Shown here: piece after piece, positions 52,500-64,000 of the stretch
Numbering within the stretch: the stretch's first letter is position 1
How the letters are laid out: the number at the start of each line of letters is the position of its first letter
Assembly: GCA_031835245.2 (NCBI GenBank)
Contig: JAVKOQ020000028.1
Coordinates: 1-64,000, forward strand
DNA length: 64,000 nt
Direction of reading: 5' to 3'
Source: Balamuthia mandrillaris
Lineage: Eukaryota
Translations under genes and position numbers: made by a program
Notes under the pieces: generated by a model
Seen by the model: only the letters and a program-made list of their open reading frames with translations
Told to the model about the DNA's origin: nothing
Database searches by the model: none

Positions 52500-55400
52500 T
52501 TGCCCACTGACGAACGGTATTCCACAGAATACGTTAAGAGGAAAAATGAGACAGCTGAGATCATGGGACCAAGATGAATATAAACGAGTGGTTGTTGAGT
52601 ACTTCAACGTAGTCTTAGGTTCTTCTGCGGAGTCAGATCGGTATTGGCGGACCCAAATGAAGACTCAACTTATTCTGAAGTTCTCTGGTGATATTTTTTC
52701 TGAAGATGAAATTGTTGATGAGGACGATGACCTACGGTACGCTACACTTCTTCTTTTCGCGTGTTCATATTTGCTAAGCATCACGTCGTTATCAGGACAT
52801 ACATGGAGAGCAAAGTAATGTTGTTCTCCCTGTTACAAAAGCATTCGGGCATTCGATTTAAACGACGAACGCAAGTTCAATTCCTGGAAGATCCGACTTT
52901 GTTCGAGAAAGTCTCGCCGCTTTCCACAGACGACCTTAAGAAACTTAAAGTTTCCGTCAAGTCCATCGATGTTTATCAAAGCTTGTTTGAGGACTTGTTG
53001 AAAGAACGCAATGCTACAGACAGCCAAACGCCTCCTTTTGTTTCTTCTGCATCTTCCTCCGTAGAGAACTTTCGTGGTTTGTGATTCCATGTTTGTGTTT
53101 CCTATTTATGGCCAGTTCCTTACTGGTTTGTTCTTTTGTAGATGAGATCAGTGTTCCTGGTGGTGAAGAAGAGGTGGGATCTTCCATCATATTTAATGCT
53201 TCTAACGAGCAGTTGGAAGAGAGGTTAAAATCGTTGGAGCGCGCTCATGCTGTTGTGGAAGAAATATGTGGCATGGAAAGTCAAGAAGCTGTTGGTAAGT
53301 AGGAATAGTTTTCCTGGCAAGAATTTGATCTATCATAACAACTCACCTCTCTCTCTCTCTCATCGATAGGGAGTTTATTACGGATGGCGGATACTCTGTC
53401 TCAAATGGGAAAACATCAAGGAGCCATTCACCTTCTTGAAGAAGCGTGCAGACAATTGCTACACCTCGAAGAAGCACCAGCGGAGATGATAATGGGATAC
53501 TACTACGCTCAAGGCACAGTCTACCAACGGATAGGAGACTACATGAACGCATTAGAGTCCTTCCGCAAGGCTCTGGAAAATCTGGAGAACGTGTACGGAG
53601 ATGCAAGGCCCAACGGGATTGGTATGGGCCATCCTCTCGGCCTTCTTCTTTGCTCTACTTTGGCCTCTCTCTGCGAGAAGACGTCACACTTTGCGGCCTC
53701 ATTCCGATACTGTCGCAAGTTTGAGGCCTTTTGGGCGGTGTTCCCCTTTCCAAGCACCGATCCGTTTTTGGTGCGCTGCGTCTTTGGCTCTGGCGTGAAC
53801 TTGGCTGCTGCTCAGATGGGAAAGAAGATTCGTTCTTTTTATCATTCCAGCGGAAGCACAGCCGTAGAATCCTGGTTGCAAAAAAGTAAGATTCTTTTTT
53901 CTTCACCTCCCTTCCAGTCTTTCGATATGTTGCTCATTGACTGAATCATTCCCGCTGATTACAGTCTACTTATATGATAACTTGGCCAACCTCAGTGACA
54001 TTATTGTGTCCACAAAGATACTTGCAAAATCCCGCCAACGCCCTCTAAGGCAGCGACGGGCCTCCAAAAGGCAGAGTACCAACGCAAGAAACATGAAAGT
54101 TCTTTCCTCTACTCCCCTACCAACAAAGAATCACTCCTCTCCTGTATTGACCGTAGTAGAGCACGAATCAACCCGAGAAAGCCCTTTGGCACGCAACAGT
54201 TCCAAGCCTCAAATACCACTTGAGGACGAGGACATGGAAACTAGTGTAACTGCTAGACTTCCAACAAATGCAGAACGTAGACAACGTGTCGTAAAAGCCA
54301 AGGAAGCAAAACTGGTTCCCACTCCATGCTCTGCTGATGCAGGGCAAGTGTGGATGTGGGGAACTGGCAAGAACGGACGGTATGAGCGGACAAAGGCAGG
54401 AGATGAAGGCTTGACGGAGGATCCCATGGAACCCAAACCTGTGCAGCAAATACGTGACAGATCTATTATTGGTGTAGCTTGCTCCATTTCAACTGTCATC
54501 TTCCTTACTGCGGAGGGCGAGGTACGACACTTTTTGGTGTTCTTTTGCCTTTTTCTGCTGACCTTTTTTATATTTATCATAACAACAAGGCACTGGAGAT
54601 GGTCCCCGAAACTCCTCATAGTTATCGAACCACGTCCCAGACAAATCGTAAATGGAAGTTCAGGGCTGTACGACAGTTGGCAGAAGGCGGAGGCACCAAA
54701 GTGACAGCCATCGCCTGTGGAGTGGGTACTAATGTTGCCCTTACGGACGATGGCAAAGCTATCACTTGGGGGCCAGATGCCTCCTGGTTGGGTGTTGTAA
54801 ACTTCTCTCAAACTGAACTCAGTGATGTTAGCGATAAAGATATGGACGATGACGAAAACGGTGATGACGATGATACAACAAGCTGCAGTGACATGGAGGA
54901 TGTGGAAGAAGCGGAGGAATTGAACGTCAGTAACAAAACCAGGCAAGAACCTGAAGAAGTTGGTAGGAAAGAGGCGGTAGTAGCACTTCCCCAACGCCTA
55001 CGTTTGGGCGAGACTCTCCGTTCTGATCCTCACCCTACCATTCAAATCACACAACCCTCTGTTCTGGAGACAACTCAATACCAGAGATCAACGAAATCAG
55101 GTCCTTGGCTTGGTGCAACAGCCGGAAGAGGAAAAGCAGGAGAGAAAACCAACCACCTTCCCCAACAACATGCTGTTAACATAGACCCTCAAACCGGGAA
55201 ACCTGTTGTGCCTCCTCTTCTGAAGCTTCCAGGTCTTCCTACCAGCAACAGCAACGAGTCTCAACGCCAAACTTCAACTCCAAAGGGAAATCATTCTTCC
55301 TCCAACACAGCCAATATCGCGACTTCTCATGCTTCAACGGACAAACAGCATGAAAAAAAGGAGGAGCAAGACCAGCATTTACAAGAACAAGGACAAACGC

Positions 55401-58400
55401 AAAGCCCGCTGCAAGAACAAGAGCCACGAAGGGACAATCTTTCCCTCACGTTGGGAGAGAGGTTACCCCGACTGCGCAGTAACATTCCGCTTCATATTGA
55501 ATCACTAAATAGCAAGAGGGTCATCCATGTGGCATGTGGCGTGTATCACACCCTCCTTGTTACTGACCACGGTAAGGTTTATTCCTTTGGTGTAGGAGAG
55601 GAAGGTGCCCTGGGCCACGGCTCCTTCACTCGTGACCTCCAATCGCCTCGAAAAATCCAGGCGCTGGAGGGCGCAGGAGCTGTTGTAATAGCTGCTGCCG
55701 CTGGAGAGCACTTCTCCATGACTCTCACCGACGAGGGCAAGCTCTACACGTTTGGTCGTGGAGATAAAGGACAGCTGGGACATGCCAAGAAACGACTGAG
55801 AGCCTACCGCCAGTTCGTGCCAAAGCAAGTAGAAGGCAGCCTGGAGGGCGTGTTCATCAAGCGTATTGCCTGTGGCTTCGATCACTCGATGGCTGTGTCG
55901 GACGCGGGAGAGCTCTACATGTGGGGATCTAACGACAGCAACAAGTGTGGCTTTAAGGATTCTATCCTTTTATCTGGATCAGGGCTTGCTGCTTCGAATG
56001 TGGTGGACGTGCCACGAAAAAGAACGTTTAAGGCCGCCTGTCGCATAGAGCATATTGCTGCAGGAAGAAGTCACTCTGTGGCTGTCACCAATACGGGACG
56101 AGTCTATACTTGGGGTGCCTCTGCTTGGGGTTTGTTTTTTTTTTTTTAACTGCTTCTCTGGCTTGCTCTCAACACTGATCTTACTTGGTCTTGCGGAATT
56201 AAAATAAACAGGACAACTGGGACATGGAGCTACGATGAGACGAGAAAAGAAACCGTGCTTGGTGAAAGGGCTGGTTCTTGCTGGTCGAAGGGTTGTGCAA
56301 GTATCCGCCACTTATGGCCTCACTGTAGCCATTACCGGTCAGCTATTTTCTTTATGATAAAACTAATGCTACCGTTGTCATTACTTATAAGTTGTCTCCC
56401 AATAGTGCCAGAAAAATCTCCAGCACCGGTCGTAAGAGCACCACTGAACTTGCTGGTACGACGGCCAAGCTACGAAGAGATGAAGCAACACAACCGCATT
56501 GTATCGGCGGCTGCTCCCCGCTTCACCTCCATTCGTTATATCGTAGAAAAGAACCAGAAGGCAAAACGGAAGACACAATCTATGCAGGTTACCAGTTCGA
56601 AATCAAAAACAACATCAAACGGAGAAGGGCAGAAAGAAGGGAAAAGAGAAGAGGTGACAACACATATTCAACGAGAAATAGGGGAGGAGAACGAAAAAGA
56701 AAAAGAAATAGGGGCCTCTGTGTACTCTGCTTTGAGCAAAGAAGCAAGGGCGCCTCGCGACAAATCACCTTACATAGCGGACAAGGAGGAAGCAGCAACA
56801 AATGACGAAGGAGAGAAAGAGACTAACAAAAATGATAAACAGAAGGCACAACGCAAAACGAGAAGAGAGAGAAGCAGATCACAAGGACCTAGCAGCAAAC
56901 GTAAGGATAAAGTGAAACCTAGAAACAAGAGCAAAGGAGCAGGAACAACTGCAATCCCTGCTGAGACAAAGAAAAAAACGAAAAAAAGCAAAGTCAAGAA
57001 GAAAAAAGCGTTGCTGTCAGGAGAGATGAAAGTGGTTTCCATCTCTACAACCAAGGACTCTGACCTCGAACAACAGCTGAAAAACTCCACCCCCGACTTA
57101 GACATCGTCAGAAAAAAGCGGAGGCAATATAAAGACTCTAAACACAAGCAAACCAGTCTTTCCAGCGACAACATTCAACGCTTGCGGCTAAACAAAGAAT
57201 CTAAGAAGGAAAAAGAGAAGGAGGAACCTCTCCTCGAGTTGGAGGGGGTTGCTACATCTGAACCTTCACTCTCTTCTCCCTCGTCTACAGCACAATCGCC
57301 ACGCGGAGAACGACAACAGCGCCGAAAATCCATTATCGGAAATGATCACCGCAGAAAAAGCTTTGGTGGGGATTCTAGTCGCTCCAAAGTAACTTTCTTT
57401 ACTTCCTCCCTAAAGGAACAACAGTCGCTGCACGAACCTGTACAAAAACCTCTTTCTCCATCACGATCCATCCCCACCTCTTCTCCTGCCTCTTCCTCTC
57501 CTGTTTCTTCATCCTCATCGTCATCCTCATCGTCATCATCATCATTCATCATCTTCTTCTTCTTCTTCTTCTTCTTCTTCGTCTTCTTCATCTTCTTCTT
57601 CAGCTTCTTCTTCCTCTTCTCCTTCTATTTCTCAAACTTGGGAAGGTATAACCTTTCCAGCCAACGTGGCCACAGGTTCTGATCGCAGTGTTTCATTTAG
57701 CCTAACACCAGACGAGGGCAAGCGAGAAGAACCTGACTGTCTATCCACCCCTCGAAAAGTATCTTCGCTTCCCCTTCCGAGAAGCCTTACTCTCCAAAAC
57801 AATCGCTTCAATTTACCCTCTACTCCCTGCTCTCATCACCCAGTCCTTCCATTGAGCCCAACACATCCTCCTGTATCTCCTCCCTCCTCTCCTTCTGCTC
57901 TAACCGCCGGCAGCACCAGCTTTGTTGCCCAACTGCGCTCCCACTTTGAGAGCGCACTCAAGCACCAAGGAGGCTCCCCCAGAGACATTCGTTCCTGGAA
58001 ACAATCTCAAGAACCACTACGATCTTCTTCTGCTGCCTCTTCCTCCTACGCCAATGCCAACACCAATGTAGAAAGAAGGCGGAGCAGTCTGGGAACACCA
58101 AAGATGGAACCTAGCCAACCTCTCAAGGGCTTATCACCAGCGCAGCGGCGGAACCTGTCCCGCTCTGGCGATGAGACAATGCTCTTCTCCTTGCTCAAAG
58201 GTAAGAAGAAAGATTCCAACAACAACAGCCCTACATCGTCATCATCGTCGTTGGATAGCAGCTCAGGGGAAGAGAGTGCTGTGAGAGTAAAGGAACTGTT
58301 TCCTTGTGCGACCACCTCTACTCCTGCTTCTCCTTACCATTCTCCTGTATTTACCACACGACTCAATCGAACGAAAGCCTCAGCCAGCTCTCCTTTTTCC

Positions 58401-59090
58401 TACATGTCCGCCGCTCCTTCTCTTCAACAGCAGCACCAACATTCTCTGCAACCACAACCGCAACCTCAACCTCAACCGCAACCACAAACGCAACAACTTC
58501 CACCACAACAATTACCACTATTCTCTTCCCTTAAAGAATCGTCACTGTTTGCTAAATCGGAGGAGGTCCTTACTCCCAAGTCAAAAAGCAGCTTGGGCGA
58601 CCTCATGGAGGAAATACAACGCAAGAAAAGAACCAACAGTAAACATAAAGAGAAGCGCAGCCGTACGCTCGGCCAGAGCGAAGGCGAGAAGCTCAAGGCG
58701 GAGTTGCAGAAGGAGAAAAGCCAACGGGAGAGAATAGACCAGTTGGAGAACGAGAGGATATTAAAGCGATTGGAAGAGGATTTTCAGCGGGAGAAAGAGA
58801 AGGAAAAGGAGAAAAGATTGTGGCGGAGCAAGCACTTGAAAGAGGTTGAACGAAAGAAAAAGAAACAACAAGACTCAGGTCATGCCTCTGTTTCAAAGGC
58901 GGACGAGAGCGGCGGCGATGGCGAACAACAGAGAACAGAGGGAGAAGTGAAAAGAAAGCGAGATGAGATGGCCAGGGAGAAAGCGAGCAAAGAGGATGAC
59001 GTGCCCACCGTATCTTTCGCACGGCATTTTGGCAGGGATGCTGCCCTCGCTGCTCAACTGGTAACTTCGAAATCGAAAAAGGGCCCTTGA
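49633..59090 (+). CDS. Large Clu-domain + TPR + RCC1-repeat protein with low-complexity C-terminus (1-nt frameshift near 57545)
   Basis: Clu motifs RDWNHEFQ, GVAGGDKY, DYRGYR, LKYGSED, LNLKAH, GPVDIEAH..DGR|YIVDLARLMPP and LHEHGINIRFLG. A TPR region lies at ~53400-53600. RCC1 repeats include VACGVYHTL..GKVYSFG..GALGHG and AAGEHFSM..GKLYTFGRG..GQLGH. Confidence 0.82.
50530..50906. repeat. ~380-bp (CTT/GTT)n microsatellite in intron 50485-50973
   Basis: Directly visible. Confidence 0.95.
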
Positions 59091-59485
59091 GAGCCTTCTT
59101 CTTGTGTTTCTTTCCTTCCAAAAACCATTCCCTTCCGGAGAGGGTCGAAAGCCACCTCATTTTTTCCAAGTCAAACCAAATGACCCCTCTATCCGATCAT
59201 TAATTTGCTTTTCTGATTTTCCATTGGCAGATAATCATCATCATCATCAGAGGCAGAGTTCATTTCTGTCTCTGTGGAAATAGGGAAAAGGGGGACGAGG
59301 CAGAGAGAGAACGTGGCGAGGAGGAGGAGGAGGTGAAGCAGGCCCCTTGACATAGATTTCACCGCCAGCAGCTGCTTTTCTTAAGCCAGCCAACACCACC
59401 ACCGCCACAGCAACAAGGGGAGGGTCCTTTCGATTTTGTTTGTGTTCCAAAACAAAGTTTTTTTTTTTGCGAACAAAAAAAAAAA

Positions 59486-59775
59486 ATGGCGCGCTCCAAC
59501 AGTGACCTGATGATCATCAAGAGCGACGACACTCCCATACCTGAAGAGGTGCTGCAAGGAGACACTACGCCAGGAAGCGGGACTTCTTCTTCTTCTGCTG
59601 GTGGTTCCGAACTTAGACGACGGTGCGTGCTTTTTTTTTTTTGGGTTCAAGAAGCCAAGAAGAGGAAGAAAACGTCACGCTACGTTCTCAGCACTAAAAT
59701 TTGCTGTCACTACCCTCAACAAACAGAAAGGGCAAAGGCAAGAGCAAGAAGACGATCGCACGGACTCCCGTAACT

Positions 59776-59827
<52 letters not shown>

Positions 59828-60622
59828 GCTTATCTCATCTTCTGTGTGTTCACACTCTTTTTGGTGTAGGAGGAGACAAAGGATCTGTTGCAACGGTTGC
59901 AAGCACAGGATGAAGCGCGAGAAGAAGAGAGACGAGCCACCGGGCGCAGCCTAGTGCCTTACGTGCTGGGCCGTTGGTTGTTCCTGCGTGGCCTTGCGGC
60001 TGTCTACCTGGTGGCTTTTGCCTCGCTGTACGTGCAGCTGCCTGGCTTGTTGGGTCACGACGGCATCCTTCCCGCTGACGTTTGGCTGCGTCGTAATGCT
60101 GATCACTTTGGTGACACTAAGGTACATATGTGTTTTTCAACACTTTTTTTTTGTTTTGTGGAGGTTTGGTCTTATTCTTTTGTCCTTAACTCTGACAAAA
60201 TAGTGGATGGCGGTGCCAACCGTGTTTTGGTTGACGCAAAAATGGATGACGGTGGACGCAGCGATGCAACTAACGTGTTTGTTGGGGATGGTCCTGTCAT
60301 CGTTGGTGTTGCTGTGTGATCTGGCCATCTCTCCGGTATTTTTTCTGCTGTGGGGTGGCTACCTCTCCCTTTTGAACGTGGGCAGTACCTTTCTTAGCTT
60401 TCAATGGGATATTTTGCTGGTTGAGACGGGCTTCATTGCTATCTTCTTAGCTCCCTTCTGGTCTTCTAAACTTAAACGGTAAACTTTTCTACCCAGTGTC
60501 GTCTCTAACTTGCTAACTCTCTCTATTGTGAATGCAGTTATTCTGTCGATGCTCCACCTTCTCCTGTGTTCGTGTGGCTGGTGCGGTGGCTTCTCTTCCG
60601 GTTAATGTTTGCATCAGGTGCC

Positions 60623-60667
<45 letters not shown>

Positions 60668-62596
60668 CTCTCTTCTTGGCTCTTTTTACCAACTGAATGT
60701 CCTTCCTTGCAACAGGTGTTGTGAAACTATCGAGCGGGTGTCCGACGTGGTGGGGACTAACTGCTCTCCATTACCATTACGAGACGCAGTGCATCCCCAC
60801 ATCGGTAGCGTGGTACGCCCATCATCTGCCTGACTGTGTGCAACGACTCTGTGTGGCCATTATGTTTGTGATAGAGGTTGTCGTTCCATTCTGGTTCCTT
60901 ATCCCCAACCGCTTGCTCTTGCGCACCGCAGCTTTGCTTCAAATTATTTTACAGGTAAGCTCTCTCTTTCGCTCTCAAGTCCCACTAATCCATTTTACCA
61001 ACATATTTGTTTTATCCATAGGTGGTCATAATGCTAACTGGCAATTATACATTCTTTAACTACTTGACGATTATTCTGTCAATGACGCTACTTGATGATG
61101 CCTTCCTCAACTCCTTCATTCCTAGTCGTCATAAGCTCTACTCTACCAAGGCGGAGCAACGCAGGTGCGTCTCCCTCAAGAAATAATGCTTTCGTTAGTT
61201 TGCTCCTTTCGTCACTTACACTACGAACAAATCCTTAAATCAATTACAGTGGATTGAAAACTTGGTTGGGTTACTTATTGGTTGTGTCTGTGACGGCATA
61301 CTTTGTGGCAGCGTACGGCTTTGTGGTGAATGGATCGGCGTGGGACTTGTCCATTCCCCCCAACAAGGCAAACTCAAAACCATTCATCAAGTTGCGCTTC
61401 AATCCTACACAATGGAATCTGTTTCTCTCTTGGGCGGTGCTTTTGGCTCTTGCTGGCGGATTCCTGTTCTTCCTCATCTATTCTCTGTTGCAGATTGTGC
61501 AATACTTTGTTGGATCTATCGAAGAAGAAGGAGAAGAAAGAACCAGCGGGGCGCAATCTGCAGCGATGACGGATGAGCACCCCTCTTCGAAGAAGAATAA
61601 GAAGAGGAATAAGAACAAGACCTCTACTGAACCTGTTGCCAATGAGAAGAGAGGTACAGGCAGCAAGAGCAAAAAACCTCAGAGCATGTGGAGAGTGTTT
61701 GGAAGAGGATTGTGGCGTTCCACCAAGGCTGTCAACGCTGTAACTTTCGCTTTCCTCATATTCAGCGCCTCTACCGTACCTTTCTCTCGCTTGCACCAGC
61801 AATCACCGAAGCAAGATTTAGTACCCGCACTCTTCCGCAATGTTTATGACCTTACCGATGGCTTCCACATCGTCAGCAACTATGGGCTCTTTGCCAGGTT
61901 GTTGCTATTAGTTCTCTTTCTCTTTCTCTTATTTCTTTCTCTTTCTCTTCTCTCTCTTCTCTCTCTCTCTCTCTCTCTCTCCAACTTACATATGTTCCAA
62001 CATACCAAACACAGAATGACGCAAACACGGCCAGAGATCATCGTTGAAGGAAGCATCGACGGTAAAACGTGGCTACCTTATGAATTCCCTTACAAAGTTG
62101 GAGCCACCAACCGAACTCCCCCTTTCATTGGTGCGCAGCCCCCTCTTTCTTCTCTCTTCTCTGTCATCTGATGATACCAAAAACAAAGCACCACATCAAC
62201 CACGATTGGATTGGCAAATGTGGTTCGCGGCCTTGGGCAACTACCAAAACAACCCATGGTTCGTCAACTTCCTGGCGAAACTCTTCCACAACTCCTCCGA
62301 TGTGCTGCAACTTCTTGAGAACAATCCTTTCCCTGATCAACCACCCAAACGCATTCGTGCTCGCCTCTTTGAGTATGAGTAAGTTATTCTTGGCTGCTCT
62401 CTTTTGGATATTCCTGACACAAGCGCAAAAAACAGGTTTACAAAGCCGCTGAATGGTTCGTTGTTGACAGACCTCTATGCTTCATTCTACAATCATCATC
62501 TCATCAACGAAAAAGTCTATACCGTCAACAAGAACCCCAAGTTCAAACCTTATCCATCGGTTTGCTTCCCTCTTTCTTTCTCTCTCTTTCTCTTTT

Positions 62597-62639
<43 letters not shown>

Positions 62640-62799
62640 TTCTCTTTCTCTTTCTCTTTCTCTTTCTCTTGCTCTTTCTCTTTCTCTTTCTCTTTCTCTT
62701 TCTCTTTCTCTTGCTCTTTCTCTTTCTCTTTCTCTTTCTCTTTCTCTTTCTCCTCTTGCTCTTGCTCTTTCTCTTTCTCTTTCTCTTTCTCTTTCTCTT

Positions 62800-62834
<35 letters not shown>

Positions 62835-62860
62835 CTCTCTCGTCGTTTCTCTTTCTCCTC

Positions 62861-62894
<34 letters not shown>

Positions 62895-63212
62895 CCACAA
62901 AAACTAACCCACCAAAACAAAAAGATGCCAAACAAAGAATGGTGGACGCGCGCAGCCAACAGCAGCAGCTACTTGACGCTCAGCCAATTCCCGAACGAGA
63001 ACGTGGAGAAGTTTTTGGCTGGTTATGGGTGGAGCTCCAAGCCCCTCCCCTCTGATGACCTTTGGGAGAAGACCAACACAAAGGGCACCTCCTCCCCGAT
63101 GGTCAACATGGAGCGGTGGCTGTTGCGTCGGCTGCATCCGGCGTTGAGCGGTTGGCTCTTCCTCATTGTCTCCGTGGTGGTTGCCTTCTCCGTCCTCCTC
63201 ATCCTGATATAA
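59486..63212 (+). CDS. LMF2: Lipase maturation factor 2-like ER membrane protein
   Basis: [75 protein letters not shown] and [15 protein letters not shown]. Confidence 0.9.
62573..62893. repeat. (TTTCTC)n/(CT)n microsatellite in LMF2 intron
   Basis: Directly visible. Confidence 0.95.
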
Positions 63213-63333
63213 GCTATCTTGTTGTGTTTTCAAACGGGCTTTTGTTTTTGTTTCAACAAACAAACAAACTTCTTCGCGTTCGCTTGCTTTCGTTCTGCTC
63301 TTTCTTTCTTTCTTTCTTCTGTTATCCTTGCTA

Positions 63334-64000
63334 TCAAAAGGAGCGCCACCCTGTTGTGCTTGTGGTGGAGGAAGAAGGCCGTCGAGGTTGGTGCTCAAAC
63401 GCTCGAAAGACCCTTCGAGTGGTGCCGGCGGTCTCCTCGTTGAGCCACCAGCCAAAGAACAGCGGGGCAATGAGCTCCGCCAGCAACAGGGGAGCGAACA
63501 AGAGAGGCTGCCATCGCCCCAGCTCCCCGCCGCAAACGGCGTAGTACCAGCCGATCTCCAAGAGGGCGGAGAGGAGGCCCCAAAAGAGGCCCGTGCGAAC
63601 GGCGGCGGCTTTCCACAGGTGGGGGTCTCGCTTGGGGGTGGTCAGGTAGTAGGAGGCAACGCAGACGGCCACCACGCCGACCCCAGCCTTCCAGAAGAGC
63701 TTGGAGACATCGCCCTTCAGGCCCACCACCACGTAGCTGAAGGGGGTGTTGAAGAGGAGGACCGCATGCACGGCCAACCACCAGTAGAACAGGGTTTGCC
63801 AGGAGTGTGGTTCGTCGGCGTGGTGGTGGTGGTCTGAGGGAAGGCCATCATATTCGTCGTCGCTGTCGCTGGCCACTTTTATCTCCTCGTCTTCCTCGTC
63901 TTCCTCCTCTTCCTCTTCCTCCCATTTCAACTCAACGGTGGTGGCTTTCTTCTTCATTTCTTGCTCCCCTATTTTTATTTCATGTGCATGCACTCTAAAA
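63334..64000 (-). CDS. Partial (3' portion) multi-pass membrane protein of unknown function
   Basis: 219-aa ORF with an acidic stretch followed by about four hydrophobic helices. It probably begins beyond the window edge. Confidence 0.55.
   Translation of the reverse strand, partial: FRVHAHEIKIGEQEMKKKATTVELKWEEEEEEEDEEDEEIKVASDSDDEYDGLPSDHHHHADEPHSWQTLFYWWLAVHAVLLFNTPFSYVVVGLKGDVSKLFWKAGVGVVAVCVASYYLTTPKRDPHLWKAAAVRTGLFWGLLSALLEIGWYYAVCGGELGRWQPLLFAPLLLAELIAPLFFGWWLNEETAGTTRRVFRAFEHQPRRPSSSTTSTTGWRSF

Overview
Gene-dense, intron-rich eukaryotic DNA with short GT-AG introns, many of them filled with pyrimidine-rich microsatellites. The gene content (CudA-family factor, Kelch-LisH-RasGEF, Clu-domain multidomain protein) points to an amoebozoan; this taxonomy is my inference. 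The window opens with a decayed APE-type non-LTR retrotransposon, followed by about 20 protein genes: vezatin, two AGC kinases, EFTUD2/Snu114, a RapGAP, PPIL4, a CudA-like factor, RRP41, RPL30, a putative permuted macrodomain protein, SMYD4-like, a RasGEF, a Cdc7/SepA-like kinase with LIM domains, a long-chain acyl-CoA synthetase, a small mitochondrial-type protein, SPT2, a Clu-TPR-RCC1 protein, LMF2 and a partial membrane protein. Most notable: (1) an intron-containing, tail-anchored fusion of a prokaryotic-type minimal nucleotidyltransferase and a HEPN RNase-like domain (MNT-HEPN toxin-antitoxin architecture) at 45584-47154, whose membrane-anchor segment lies between 47-bp inverted repeats; (2) a probable circularly permuted PARG/MavL-like macrodomain protein; (3) a U33/snR55-type box C/D snoRNA in RPL30 intron 1. 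Gene spans include introns, and exon boundaries were inferred by eye.
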